From Takakia lepidozioides (Eukaryota; Plantae; Bryophyta): a stretch of 64,000 bases of DNA. Below, piece after piece: positions 48,571 to 61,200 of the stretch. A program made the position numbers and the translations under genes. Within the stretch, counting starts at the first letter, position 1; each line of letters begins with the position of its first letter. The stretch is taken from the NCBI GenBank assembly GCA_030704615.1, contig CM060734.1, forward strand, positions 46,810,001 to 46,874,000. The letters run 5' to 3'. The notes beneath the pieces were generated by a model, which worked only from the letters and a program-made list of their open reading frames with translations, was not told the origin of the DNA and did no database searches.

Positions 48571-51260
48571 GGAAAGCATTTCAAACAGATAACAGAGACG
48601 AGGAGAAGCTCTGGAAGGACTATTTTGCAGACCCCAGTCAATGGTGGGACAATCGAGGCAAAAAGGTGAATGCCTGTTAGATTACAGAGAGAAGCAGACA
48701 ACAACATGCATCGCAAAGCTTTCTTGGAAATTGTTGTCCTCTCTCCCCCCCAGCACTGTTTGAAAATCTAGGTAGCAATTCAGCATAGAACTAGTCTGTG
48801 ATGAGTAGGGTTGGGGTGTTTGCTAGAGTAAATCTAGGCTGTCATTGTCAGCTACTAGCAGCAAGGCGAGGATCTATACATGATTGGTGCAGAGGCAGGG
48901 ATAGCTGAAGGAGCAGGGATGGAGTGTGGGTCCAGATTCATGCAAAAGGGCCGGATCACAAAATTACCTATGACTCCCTGTGGATTGATAGCTACAAGAA
49001 ACCTGCATGGGTAGATAGTCAAGTGGAAGCAGCACCAACAGTGGCACAGTTGATAAAATCAGACACCTCGACTACGACCACAGCTTCCGAAAGAGGACCA
49101 AGAGAGGGAGTCCACAAGGCTTCTTTTGGCACTTCTGGGCATGTGAGGATGCTATGTGAGGCAGGGCGACTGAAAGAGGCTCTACAGACTTTAAACCAAG
49201 GAGGCATCTCAGCAGATTCAGATACTTATGTCTGTCTCTTACATAAGTGCATCAAGATGAATGGCCTGGAAGCTGGAAAGCAGGTGCACGCTCACATCAT
49301 CCAAAGTGGATTCAAGCCAAACGTTTTTCTACACAACACCCTTGTCAACATGTATGTTAAGTGCGGGAGCATTGTGGATGCTCACCAAGAGTTCAACAGA
49401 ATGCCTCAACGAGGTTTGATCTCGTGGAATATAATGATGGCAGGATTTACCAAGCATGGGTGTGGTAAGAATGCTTTGGAGACATATGAGCAAATGATGC
49501 GGGAAGGGGTGAAGCCCGACCGGGTCACGTTTGTTTGCATTTGCAATGCGTGTGCAAGCCTGGCAGCCCTGCAAAAGGGCAAAGAGGTCCATGGTGACAT
49601 CATCGAAGCTGGAATTGTACCAGATGTTGTCCTGAACACTGCTCTGGTGGACATGTATGCCAAATGTGGGAGCATCGAGGATGCCAAGGGAGTGTTCGAC
49701 AATATGGCTGAACGAAATGTGGTGTCCTGGAGTGCAATGATTGCAGGATATGCCCAGCATGGGTGCGGGATGGAGGCTTTGGAGACCTATGAGCAAATGA
49801 AGCGGGATCGGGTGAAGCCTGACCACATCACGTTTGTTTGTGTTTGCAATGCATGTGCGAGCATGGCAGCTTTGGAAAAGGGCAAAGAGGTCCATGGTGA
49901 CATTGTCAAAGCTAGAATTGTACCAGATGTTGTTCTGAACACTGCCCTGATGAACATGTATGCCAAATGTGGGAGCATTGAGGATGCAAAGGCAGTGTTT
50001 GACAAGATGGCTGAACAAGATGTGGTGTCGTGGAGTGCCATGATTGCAAGCTATGTGCAGCATGGGTGCGGGATGGAGGCTTTGGAGACCTATGAGCAAA
50101 TGATGGGGAAAGGGGTGAAGCCCGACCAGGTCACGTTCATTTGCGTTAGCAATGCGTGTGCGAGCTTGGCAGCCCTGGAAAAGGGCAAAGAGGTTCATGG
50201 TTACATCAGTAAAGCGGGTATTGTACCAGATGTCATTCTGAACAATACCCTGGTGGACATGTATGCCAAATGCGGGAGCATCGAGGATGCAAAGGCAGTG
50301 TTTGACAATATGGCTGAACGAAATGTGGTGTCCTGGAGTGCAATGATCTCAGGATATGCCCAGCACGGTTGTCATAGGGAGGCCCTGCAGCTATTTGAAG
50401 GAATGCAAAAGGAAGGCTTGAAGCCGGACAGTATCACCTTTTTATGTGTTCTCTCTGCATGCAGCCACGTTGGCCTACTGGATGAAGGAAGACGCTACTT
50501 TCATTCCCTGAGTCAAGATTATGGTGTCACTCCAACAGTAAAGCACTTTGGCTGCATGGTTGACCTTCTTGGACGTGCAGGGCGATTGGATGAGGCAGAG
50601 GACCTCATTAATAAAATGCCAATCAAACAAGATGCTGTGGTGTGGAAGGTGGTGTGGAAGTCGTTGCTTGGTGCCTGCAGAATCCATGGCAATGTAGAGA
50701 TGGCTGAACGTGCAGCGACATCTATTCTCAAGTGGGATGAACAGGATGCCGCGACCTATGTGTTGCTATCAAACATCTATGCTGCAGCTGGCAGGTGGGA
50801 CGATAGTGCAAAGGTGAGAAAAATGATGAAGGTCAGAGGGGTTAGAAAGGAGCCAGGTCACTGCTGCATTGAGGTTGGCAACAGGGTGCACACCTTTGTT
50901 GTAGATGACAAATTGCATCCCAAAATGAAGGAAATCCATGCTGAGCTGAGAAGGTTGTCTGGTCAGATGAAGGTGGCAGGGTATGTGCCTGACACGCGCT
51001 TTGTATTGCATGATGTGGGGGAGGAGCAAAAGGAATTCTCTCTTTGCCACCACAGTGAGAAGCTGGCCATTGGTTTTGGGCTGATCAGCACGGCCCCTAG
51101 GACCCCTCTCCGGCTCATCAAGAATCTTCGGGTGTGTGGTGACTGCCACACCTCCACCAAGTTCATCTCAAAGATTGTTGGCCGAGCAATTGTTTTACGG
51201 GACGCTAACCGCTTTCACCACTTTGAAGATGGGGTTTGTTCTTGTGGGGATTACTGGTGA
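48571..51260 (+). CDS. PLS-E1-E2-DYW pentatricopeptide repeat C-to-U editing factor with an N-terminal PDF motif
   Basis: Exon LWKDYFADPSQWWDNRGKK, phase-0 GT-AG intron 48666-48935, then IHAKGPDHKITYDSLWIDSYKKPAWV, about 14 P/L/S motifs, KEPG box, HSEKLA, CGDCH and CSCGDYW-stop; true start not resolved. Confidence 0.9.
49440..50400 (+). repeat. Three near-identical 303-bp P-L-S triplet repeats
   Basis: GGTGAAGCC recurs at 49508, 49811 and 50114. Confidence 0.92.
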
Positions 51261-51523
51261 AACGACGTTTTTCTCGAAAGGTGCGGGTGTCTTTCTTCAT
51301 TCATTAAACTGCGTAGCAACTCAGTTCATCCACCATTTGAGGGATTACCTCCACCATCAATGTGCTGCATCATACAGATAGAGTACCATGTTTGAAATCT
51401 TGGCTTCATCAGATTCAATTCCACCCAAGCACCAGTATTGCTCAATTTTAGAGAGCCACTGCTCTACCGCATGTACGATATGGACTTTCTCTGAACCAGT
51501 ATACTTGGGTGGACTATAAAGCT

Positions 51524-52482
51524 TCATGGCATTCCGGCAAGCAACCTGTCCTGCCTGACCAACCTGCCTTCCAACCCTATGACCTGATTGATCCTCTGAA
51601 TCTCAATCTGAAGCCTCTTAAATTGATCATGAATTTGCTGGAACAACAGTGGTGGAGGCAGTTTGAATTCAGGTTTAATCTCTGCCGCTGCGTTTTCCGG
51701 CTCTGCCATTCTACGGGGCTCTATCTTCTACTAATTCAGACCATCTACCTTATGCTTTGATACCAAATGTCACAGTCCTGTCTTATTACAGCAAACTAGT
51801 ATCTTCATTAGCAATGTATGAGCAAGGTAACCACCCAACCTTGAATCCTCCACTTGCTTAGGAGTACTCTCTAAGTCATGCAGCCTGCCATGTTCTCAGC
51901 CTTACGCATCAAGGACATGCGTCTGTCTCTCTCCCAAAGTCTCACATCAGTTCCTCCGAAGTACTCCCGGAGGCTTCAGACCGAGATTCAAAGAATGAGT
52001 GAGGTCATAGGGATAGATTGAATTCAGGTCTAATCTCTGCTGCTGTGTTTTCTGGCTCTGCCATCCATTGGGCTCTAACGTCTACTACTTCAGACCATCT
52101 ACCTTATGCTTTGATACCAAATGTCACAGTCCTGTCTTATTACAGCAAACCAGTCTCTTCATTCGCGAGACTTCCTTAGGAGTACTGTCTAAGTCATGCA
52201 GCCTGCCATGCTCTCAGCCTTACTCATGAAGGACATGCGCGTGTCTCTCTCCCAAAGTCTGACATCAGGTCCTCCTAAGTACTCCCGGAGGATCCCCCCT
52301 TGCTCTGAGAATACCTTTTGGTATTCCCTTACTTGCTACCCAAAGGCCTAACCCTTGGCTTTTGCATTCTGTTTGTTCATCTTCCCTTGCTTTAGTCATA
52401 AGTCTCCTCAGCTACTGATATAACTTTCTATTTCCAGTCTGGCTTAGTGACTAACCTAGGCTTGCTAACCTAGTTCGTGACA
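51524..52482 (-). mobile_element. LTR retrotransposon 5' remnant: 361-bp LTR, tRNA-Met PBS and gag start, partially duplicated in tandem
   Basis: LTR 52122-52482 (TGTCAC..GTGACA); PBS TGGTATCAAAGC at 52108-52119 and 51754-51765; MAEPEN.. start occurs twice. Confidence 0.8.
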
Positions 52483-52849
52483 AGTGCTATCCTAGTTCTG
52501 GTGTGGATGGTGGAGCAGCTTAAGATGAAATTGAATACAATTCAGTATGAGCTTGATCAGAGGGGCAGCCTTGAGCAGGTTGGTTCAGGATCTTAAATTT
52601 GGACATGTTTGTACTTCAGATAGAGGCCTTGAGTAACTTGCATGAATGTTGTTGAAAGCTGGCCTTAACCCACCAAGGTATAATCCCATGGTGGCCACAC
52701 TTGAAAGTTTGCATAGTGATTGTAATGGTATTCGGATAGTCCGTTATTGATTGATGTGGCATAAATTGGATGTGGCTTTTCACCCGAAACACTATCCCAT
52801 TCCTGTCCCTCTACATTGCAGAGCTCATACGACTTGTACAGCATACCAT

Positions 52850-54800
52850 TCCAATTCCAATCTCATGACCGTTGATGACTTCTGTTGCAATGTACACAAC
52901 TTTGCCCCCCCGCAGTAGTCCCAAACGATACAAGCTCCGGTACATATTTTCCCCAGTACTTCTGCAGCTTGTAATAGGCCAGTATCTCAGTCAAGAGAGC
53001 CTATACACACAAGATCACATGAATCGCAGATGTACATTTAAAACTTTCACAAAGATGGATCCCATCAGAAGAAAGAAGCATCACCTCTGCACGGTCCGAA
53101 CCAAACGGCGCAAGCTTCAATACAACAGGGTGACCCTCATATGTGCCCCGTACAATCCTTCCACTCCAACCTGTCGCAAAGGGATGCGCTTCCAAATGCA
53201 AATGTTTTGCAGGAGTCTCTTGCAAACCATCATACCCTCTACGGCTCTTGTAAGAAAACACACGCACCTTGTATCGGCAGATCATATGAATAGTAGATGG
53301 ATGCTAAACCATGCCACATGACTCTCCATTGCTATAGGCATTGATCTCATTTAACTATCAGGACTCACAACTTCAACATGAGTGTCAAAACAAATAGGGA
53401 CACTTACCGAGTAATCATAGGGTGAGGTCCCCCCTCATTTGCATTTCTTTTTCCACTGTATGAATTATCATGAGAATCTTGGCTCTGGGAACTGTCTTGA
53501 CCAAAGTCTTGATAATTGACTTTGGGAGATTCTTTCCCTACAAAAACACAACCCCATTAGCACCTGGACACCTGCAACATTATGAGTAAATAATGCTTTC
53601 ATTCAATCTACATTGCACAATACTTCAGAACAGGCCATTACCTTGATCTGGCTCTTCAAACACTTGCACGTCATGGGGCTGCTAGATTCAAGACGTAGCC
53701 AAATGCGCCGAGAAATTTATCACTTCCACACGTTATGGCTTTAGATATCTTGAAGGTATTCCCCACGTGACGTACAAAATACGACAAGTCGAACGATGAA
53801 ATTATTCCATTGCCCAAACGCATGTTTACTAGATAAGTGTACATATGGGAAACTGTCCCGGCCAAAGCCTCAGATCGAGCGGCAAGCGAAGGCCCAAAAT
53901 TTTCCCTCCAAGCTTCAACCAAGTCTGGAAATTGCAGATGCACAAGTGTCCTAAATATGAGAGCCAGAATTTGAGTGGAAGGAGTGAGGGCGGAAACCAG
54001 TCCCGGGTAAATTTTCTCCTTGAGTGTGGGAATGGGGTCACTGTCGATGGGGCAAGTTGCCATTTAGTATTGCACATCTGCATTAGTGATCCATTGAGAT
54101 TCCAAGCCCATCCCTTGGGATGCCGTGGCCAGAATGGCTGGTTGAGGGAGCCGCCAGAAGATGAGGGGAGTAATGCATGTGGCCTTCGGGTCAATCACAG
54201 GTTGCAGCTGTGAGCATCCCCTTAGCACAAGGTTGGGGAAGGAACGGAGTCGGGCGCAGTTTCTTGCGATGATTGGATTAATTGCAATTGAAGTTCTGCC
54301 CCCGTTTGGTACTGAACCTGGAGCCCTTGATTTTGCTTGAAGAGAAGCCGGAGGCCTGGAAGTGGTGGCCTTTGGGTACCCGGGCTGAATGTGGTTGGCT
54401 TGAGAGAAGGACCCCTTGTTTGTCTCATTGAGAGAGTTTATAGAGGAAAATCCTAATGGTAGGTGTAGAGGTGACGGTAGTTTTTAAGGGGAAGGTTTGG
54501 TTGGCACTCCACGGTTGGGACGGTAGCAGAGCCGACAGAGATAGCCCCGAGGTAGGCCCGCCGCTCGATCACAATCTTGGCGCATTGACTGAGGACATCA
54601 TATCTCTTGACCTCACAAATTTAATGTACAGTGGTTGGCGGGGTCCCTGTATGTTTGGCAAAAGTGCCGTGCGGAAGGCAGATTTGAGGCAGGGCCTACA
54701 GCCATTCTACCGGGTTGAGGCAACCGTGGAGCAAGCCCCGCGGTCCCGCCATGCTATATTGCCGTTTTTGGGCAGGTACAGTGTCACCGTGGAGATGCTC
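52850..54800 (-). pseudogene. Spliced Crinkler-like (REase-like plus kinase-like) gene remnant
   Basis: SHMYTYLVNMRLGNGIISSFDLSYFV; FATGWSGRIVRG..VVLKLA..RAE|ALLTEILAYYKLQKYWGKYVPELVSFG; no catalytic HxD segment found. Confidence 0.55.
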
Positions 54801-54850
54801 TTAGCATGGACACTATGAAATGACAAGATAAGAGAATATTTATGTAACCT

Positions 54851-56853
54851 CCCGTGCTACCATCAAAACACGCAGATACCTGCTTCATCTCCGATCTTTA
54901 CTTTGTCACCAGACCGCCTCATGCACCCTCGATTGTGACCTACCATGCCTACTCTTCCCCCATAACAAGCAAGACCTCCTCCCAAAATTTAGAACAACCC
55001 CAGCCCCCTCAATACTACAGCAGCTTATGACCTCCCATAACACTCCGGAACACCCTCTTCCCAACTCCCACCCCCCAGCCCCGTTTTGCCATGAGCAACT
55101 TCCCCCCACCCTCTAAAACCCCCTACCCCCACTTTCGTCATTGAAACTATTCTCGGCATCAAGACTCAAACCTCCCTTGATGTACATGACGCCACTTGTG
55201 TTGACACATATTACCTATGTACATGGGCCCACTTCCCCTAAATACCCCCCCCTCCATTCACACTACACATACGGCTCCCAATCTGGCTCTTGCGCCGGTT
55301 ATGGCGTCTACCATGCCGCTACTAACAAAGGAACCGCTCATCGTCTCCCAGGCCCCGCAACCATACTCCGCGCCGAACTTATGGCCATTTTTGAAGCTCT
55401 GTCACAACTGACCTCGTTCCCACCCCCATACTACAACTTCACGGATAGCCTAAATTCTCTCTTTATACTTCGCAATCACTTGGCTTGTCCCTCCTCCCAC
55501 TTCCACCACCCCGACCGACACCTTATCACTGCCATTATCAACCTAGCCATCTCCATCAATAAACCCCTTCATTTTCTCAAAGTTCGTTCACACACAGGTA
55601 TCCACGGCAACGAGGAGGCTGACCTCCTCGCCCAACTGGGTGCCTTCCAACCTCCAGTTGAACCCTCGGATGACCCCATACACATCGCTCATACTCACCT
55701 CTTTTCACTGATACACCCAGTCCCTGACCCCCCAGAGCCCAAGCCAATCTGAAATTTTCTGACTACCCTGACTAAAGAAGCCAATAAACAGTCCTCTACC
55801 TCCTCAGCCATACCAAACTGCATATCCAAAAATGGACCCTCTCCGATGTACTCCACCACAAACTCTCCAACCACTTCTGGCACACCAAAGTTGCATCAGA
55901 CGCTCAAATACAACAAACCCTTAAATTCCGATACGCCCAGTATATGGGCCACCAACGCAAACACACCTTCTTATACCCCTCACCAAACTGCCCTCTGTGC
56001 TCCCACATCCACGCCACACATGATACCTGGCTCCACCTTCTTAGCGAATGCCCCCACCCAGTCATTCATGGGCTTCATATTGCACGACACAACCACGCTG
56101 TATGGCACATCCACAAACTCCTACAATGACGTAATGAAACTCAATGGTTCTCACTCATCAATGCAGGCACCTACCAAGGTCGGACCCAGACCATACGGTA
56201 CCTACGTGGCTTCTCCTCTATATATGTCGCCCCCACACATCATGTACATGCCCTTCCCGCCTCTGTCCGGATATCCTCGTCGTCCAGGGGCTCCCCATCA
56301 ACGCCCCACCACCCGCCCCGTCCCCCGCCATTACCATACACTTCTTAGAATTCATATTCTGCCATGACCGCTACCCCAGCTCCTCCATCCTCGAAAAACG
56401 CCAAAAATATGCACCACTCATTTTTGCTCTCCGCCGGAGGGGATGGGCCACAGGCCCCCTCACTGTCATCACTGCCGGCACCAGAGGGGGCATCCACAAT
56501 GCCAACATCTCTGAACTTCAAAATAACTTTAAACTCCCCATCATTTCCATCCATAAATGCTTCAAAACCATACACCTCACGACCCTCCGTTCTCTCACTG
56601 CTATCATCACCAACAAACGACAGCTCAAATCAAACCCTGCTCTTGCCTCATAGATACAAATAGATGGATACCTCACAAGCACCCATGGGGTGCCTCCCCA
56701 CCCCAGACTGGTTACTTGGTGTCCCCTGGACACCGGTTATTTTTTACATAGGCCCCCCCCCCCTCCCCTTGAAAAGGGGCAGTAGCCGCAAGGCGAAGTG
56801 GCTCTTAGTTACGCCGGCCACGGCCGGAGTCTTCTCTCTCTCTCTCTCTCTCC
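54851..56853 (+). mobile_element. 5'-truncated non-LTR retrotransposon with RNase H, CCHC and restriction-like endonuclease (Dualen/RandI-like)
   Basis: RAELMAI, FTDSLNS, KVRSHTGIHGNEEAD; CPLC...DTWLHLLSEC...ARHN; PDILVV..FLEF..EKRQKY; (TC)n tail; TSD GTAACCT at 54844-54850 and 56854-56860. Confidence 0.85.
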
Positions 56854-58260
56854 GTAACCTTAGCAAGAGCTCTCAACAGCTCTATCTAGAACTTAAAGAT
56901 GGTACATAAGTTCGTCGGTCAGAGCAATGCCGACACAGGAGATAATGGGTCATCACATCTCACTAACAATTCGGTGAGTCAATGTAAGTCCTGATCTTGT
57001 GCCATGACCTTTTCTGTTCAGACATCTCCACCCTCATTCGTTATGTTCATACAAGGTAGATTAAATTGCAGGTTATAATGCAACAGATTGGGGAAAGAGA
57101 TTGTCCATGGTGGGTACAGGAAACAGACTCTGGCACTGTGTGAAGAGAGGAAGTGCCTAGTGAATCCAATGCACTGGAAATTTGATTATCCAGGGGACTG
57201 TAGAGTTTTGTACTAGAGAATGGGCGGGGAATTGCTGTATTATGCCTTCCCGTTCGCCATCAGCTATCCCCGCCCGTCCTTGGCATTAAGAGCTTCGATG
57301 GCAGCCTGAACAGCCAATTCGGTATCCCAAATCAGCAAGGTCTGCTGATTCAGGATGCAAGGTCGGCCTCAGGCGGTCGATGGCTTCAAAGCTCATGGGG
57401 AGGCTTTATCACACTGCCAGCTGCCGTCAGTAGCCCTCCATCAACCTGCACTTGCCATGCAGATTTCTAGGCACTTGGTTTTCTAATTATGTACACATGA
57501 AAAACTACAAACAACCAGTTGCCAGATGCAATACACATGAGGTTACATTTGTACCGCTGGTCTTTTCGACCAAGATATCTACACTTGGTGTGTAGTAGGA
57601 CACTATCACTGCATGTGCTCGTTGATGAAATCCTCACATCACACGAGAAAATGTCGATCAAACTTCGCACACTACCTGCACAGGCCTTTGGTATAACATG
57701 CTACGGCACCAAGTTAGCCACAAGTGGAAATGCCAGAAATAGAGAGGAGAGTGATGATCAGTTTGAGCAGACTTCTTGTTGCTTCGCAATTGAGTGCGTC
57801 AATTAATTCTAACCCATAGGTAGCACAGCTACAGAAGGTCAGCAGAGGGCTACAGTAGCTCTGCTGATATGGTGGCTATATCAAAGGGAGATGTCACAGT
57901 CTGCCCCACTTGAAACCCCTATGACTGGATTATTGCTGGCTGTGCGTGAGCATCATGTTGTCTAACATTGACTTGCACATCCTGTTTGGTTGTAGTCAGG
58001 GTTAGTCTGTCAAAGGAAGGTTGTGTCATAGCCAATGCCTGCATCCCAGAAAGTGACATAGACTCAAGTTAACATTCACACACAATCAACAGGTACTCAA
58101 TGCCTATGCGAGTGTCTTCGATTGGTTCAAGTTGAAGCAACATCTGCTGAAGAATATTTACTCTCTGGAACCATCCCAGGTGATTGATGTTCCCCATTAT
58201 CTGTTGTATGTTACAATATACAGATGATTGCAATTGCTGTCTCTCTCTAAAAAGAGAATG

Positions 58261-61200
58261 TCACAGCTCAATTGGGCCTAAAAAAGCACTCATATTTAAC
58301 ACCACAGAATCTCGCCGTCCTACTGGAGCCTCTATGTTTTTACTACCTTTAGGGGTCAATAAACTTGCCAGAAAGTTGCGCTTGTGTGTCACCTGGTTGT
58401 CTATTAATGGGGGATTATAGTTATTTGCAGCAGAGTCATCATTAGTCAACTCTGTGTCTGCCAAAGATGAAGATGCAGGGTCCTGCAGTGGCAAGTCCAC
58501 TGTGGCATTCGATGTAACCAAAGATTGCTTGGGGCCAACCTCCTGTGCACAGGATGGGCACGTTTTACACTTGACAAAGCACCGCTTGTGAAATGGCAAC
58601 TGGCAGGAAACACACCTGGTTATATCCTCGTCCTGCAAAGATACATAATATCAAGATTCTCAGGAAATGATGCAATAGACTCTGTATAAAAGGCAGTGCA
58701 AATTTTTCTATTGTGCACCTTAAGATAATCATAGGCTACTGAATGCAGCACTACTGGGGTGTTCAACACTACCCTCACGGCTAGAAGGATACGTTAGCAG
58801 CTTATCCTCTCTCCTATGCGTTTTAGTAAGGTAGGGGTGCCAACGTACTTGAAATGGGTACATGATGTCAAATGGGTCATCACACATCTCAACTGCACCG
58901 CAGGATTCACCCAACTCATGGCAAACAGCACACTCACGCTTTATGTGCATAGACAGGGTGTCTGATAGTGTCCGCATGAACCCAGGCAAACCTAAAAAAT
59001 GTCACACCCGCAAGAAACAATGTCAAATCTCACAACAAAGAACTTGGTTACTCCATCCTTGTAACACCAGCAAAGTTGGTTAATCCTGGGAAATGTACGT
59101 ATGCCTTACGTCTTCAGTAATGGCCATCTTATGTGCTGAGACCAAAATCACCAGCTCAAAGCATAGTTGTCAAAAACATTCCAAAATGCACCTTTAGGAA
59201 CCGACCAACAGCCAAAACCATTTGACCCTCCAACCATGGAAGCCTCTCAAATCTGAATATGCATACATTCCTTCACACATTGCTGAGGGTTTCCTAACTT
59301 GCCGGAACCTACCAGCAAAGGCACCTTTGGAAAGGTCTGCAAGGTCACGCAGGGCAAAAAAGTCGTTATCCTCAAGAAGGTAACGCCTGGAAGCCACCAC
59401 AGACAGTATTCTAGACCGAGAGGGACAGCGAATGCATACGATCATCTTGCTCAATCGCTTCCTTGTCTCCCTAAGGTGCGCCAAAATTCGTACTCTGGAG
59501 TACAGATATGGGTTCACTGCACTCACACATAACATTGGCTGACCCCAAAGCAACGTCAGTGATACAGACTAGAAGCAAATCCACAGTCAAAATGACGATC
59601 TCTCTGACTCGAAAAATATGCCACAAACCTTCAAATACAGCATGTAAAGGCTGGCATATCCTTCATGCACTTGAAGCAATTTGGCGAGTCAACAATGTCC
59701 TAATCCTCAGAACACCACCTGTACTGAGTATACCCCTATACCTCTCTCAGATCTCAACTTGCAGCATATCCTGAAAAGAGGTGGAAAGAAGGTACCTGGT
59801 CGAATATGGAGTCTAGATATGCCTTGGCAAGCTGTGACACTCGTCGGGGCACAAAATCCCAGTGCTGCAACACATATGCCGGAAGGACTGCTGTCTCATT
59901 CAAATGGCAGGCTGAACAAAATAGTTGGTCGCTATACTCACACCACCAAGGACCGCCCAATCCTAAGCTTTGCACCAGTCCTGGCACAAGACCTCTAGGC
60001 AGGTCCAGTTGTTTGTAACAACCAGCACAAGCATGGTGCTGTGCATGCAGCTGCTGCTTCATAGATTTTCTCTTGTGAACTTGCACAATCAGTCTGATGG
60101 TTTTGCCGAAAACAGATGGAGGGGGCCCCTGCTCCTCAGTCTCTGATTCAGTGAGAGTACTGGCAGTATCTGACCTAGGTGACTGCTGCTGTCTTGTAAA
60201 CTCTGAATCAAATTCCTCAAGGGGCAATTGAGATTCACCTGTCCTGGCATCCCCACTTAAACCCCTTGCACCCGCAGGACTTTGGGTGCCACCTACAGCC
60301 CGACCAAAACTCCCTGTGGGAAACAAAAAACGCAGTACGGGGGCTGCATTGTTAAGGGGGTTGCCTGCTTGAAGAAGAGACTGCAAACAAACCTGAATAA
60401 GCGCGCTCCGGACTTCCACCACATTGGGTGAAGTATTGCCAAACACTTTCCGAGACTCCGACCTGACCTTTCTCCAGGGAGCAGGGAGACAAAAGTCACT
60501 CTGGGATGAGAACATTCGATTAAGCTGCTGGTATAGAGAGACAAAATCCCGATATCGACGTTCAATCTCCCATTCTCGTCCCCCTGCATTCCTCACAAGC
60601 ATCCGATAGAGTGTATGCTCTTGGACGCCCACAACCCTCTCCCCCAATGAAGCTCCCCCTCTCCGCTGTCGGGCCCCCACCACTTCAACCCATGTTACCT
60701 CCATGAGAGGGCTCCCAGAAAGCTGAAAACTCCTGGAGCCTAAAGCCCCAGCTACCCCTGATGTTGAAGCAGTCAGACTCCCGTCTCGTTGAGCAGGACG
60801 GATGGGCATCTTGTGTGGAATATTACCAGTCTGGAAAACACGGGGTCCACTGCCTTCATCAGAATCTAGAAGGACATCTTCCATATCCAGAACTGTGTCG
60901 ATGTAGGTCTCCTTCACCTCCAACGTTTCCACATACCTAGATAGCTGTCACAATCCACAGTTACTCTGATGAGATGACTAGCTGAACTTTTCCGTGAAGG
61001 CAACTTCTACATTGACATAGAGAGGAAAGAGAAACCAAAGGAGACTTGCATATACAACAACATGCTTATACTTCACCTTGCTTACATGGTATGAAGGTTA
61101 CCTCGTCAGGGCCCAAATCATCAGCTCCCCAGTCTACCCCCTTCTTGCCAACACCTGGCAACTTCCCTCCTTTCCCTTTAATTTTAACTGGGAAGTGAAC

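Noticed and set aside
49329-50198. 289-aa antisense ORF and other ORFs opposite the PPR gene
   Set aside because: Antisense shadows of the repeated PPR coding sequence
50900-51260. U-to-C (DYW:KP-type) editing factor
   Set aside because: The domain has a PG box, HSEKLA and a terminal DYW, i.e. the canonical C-to-U type
57200-57460. Possible upstream exon of the kinase-like relic
   Set aside because: Contains stops, has no recognisable motif, and cannot be linked with evidence
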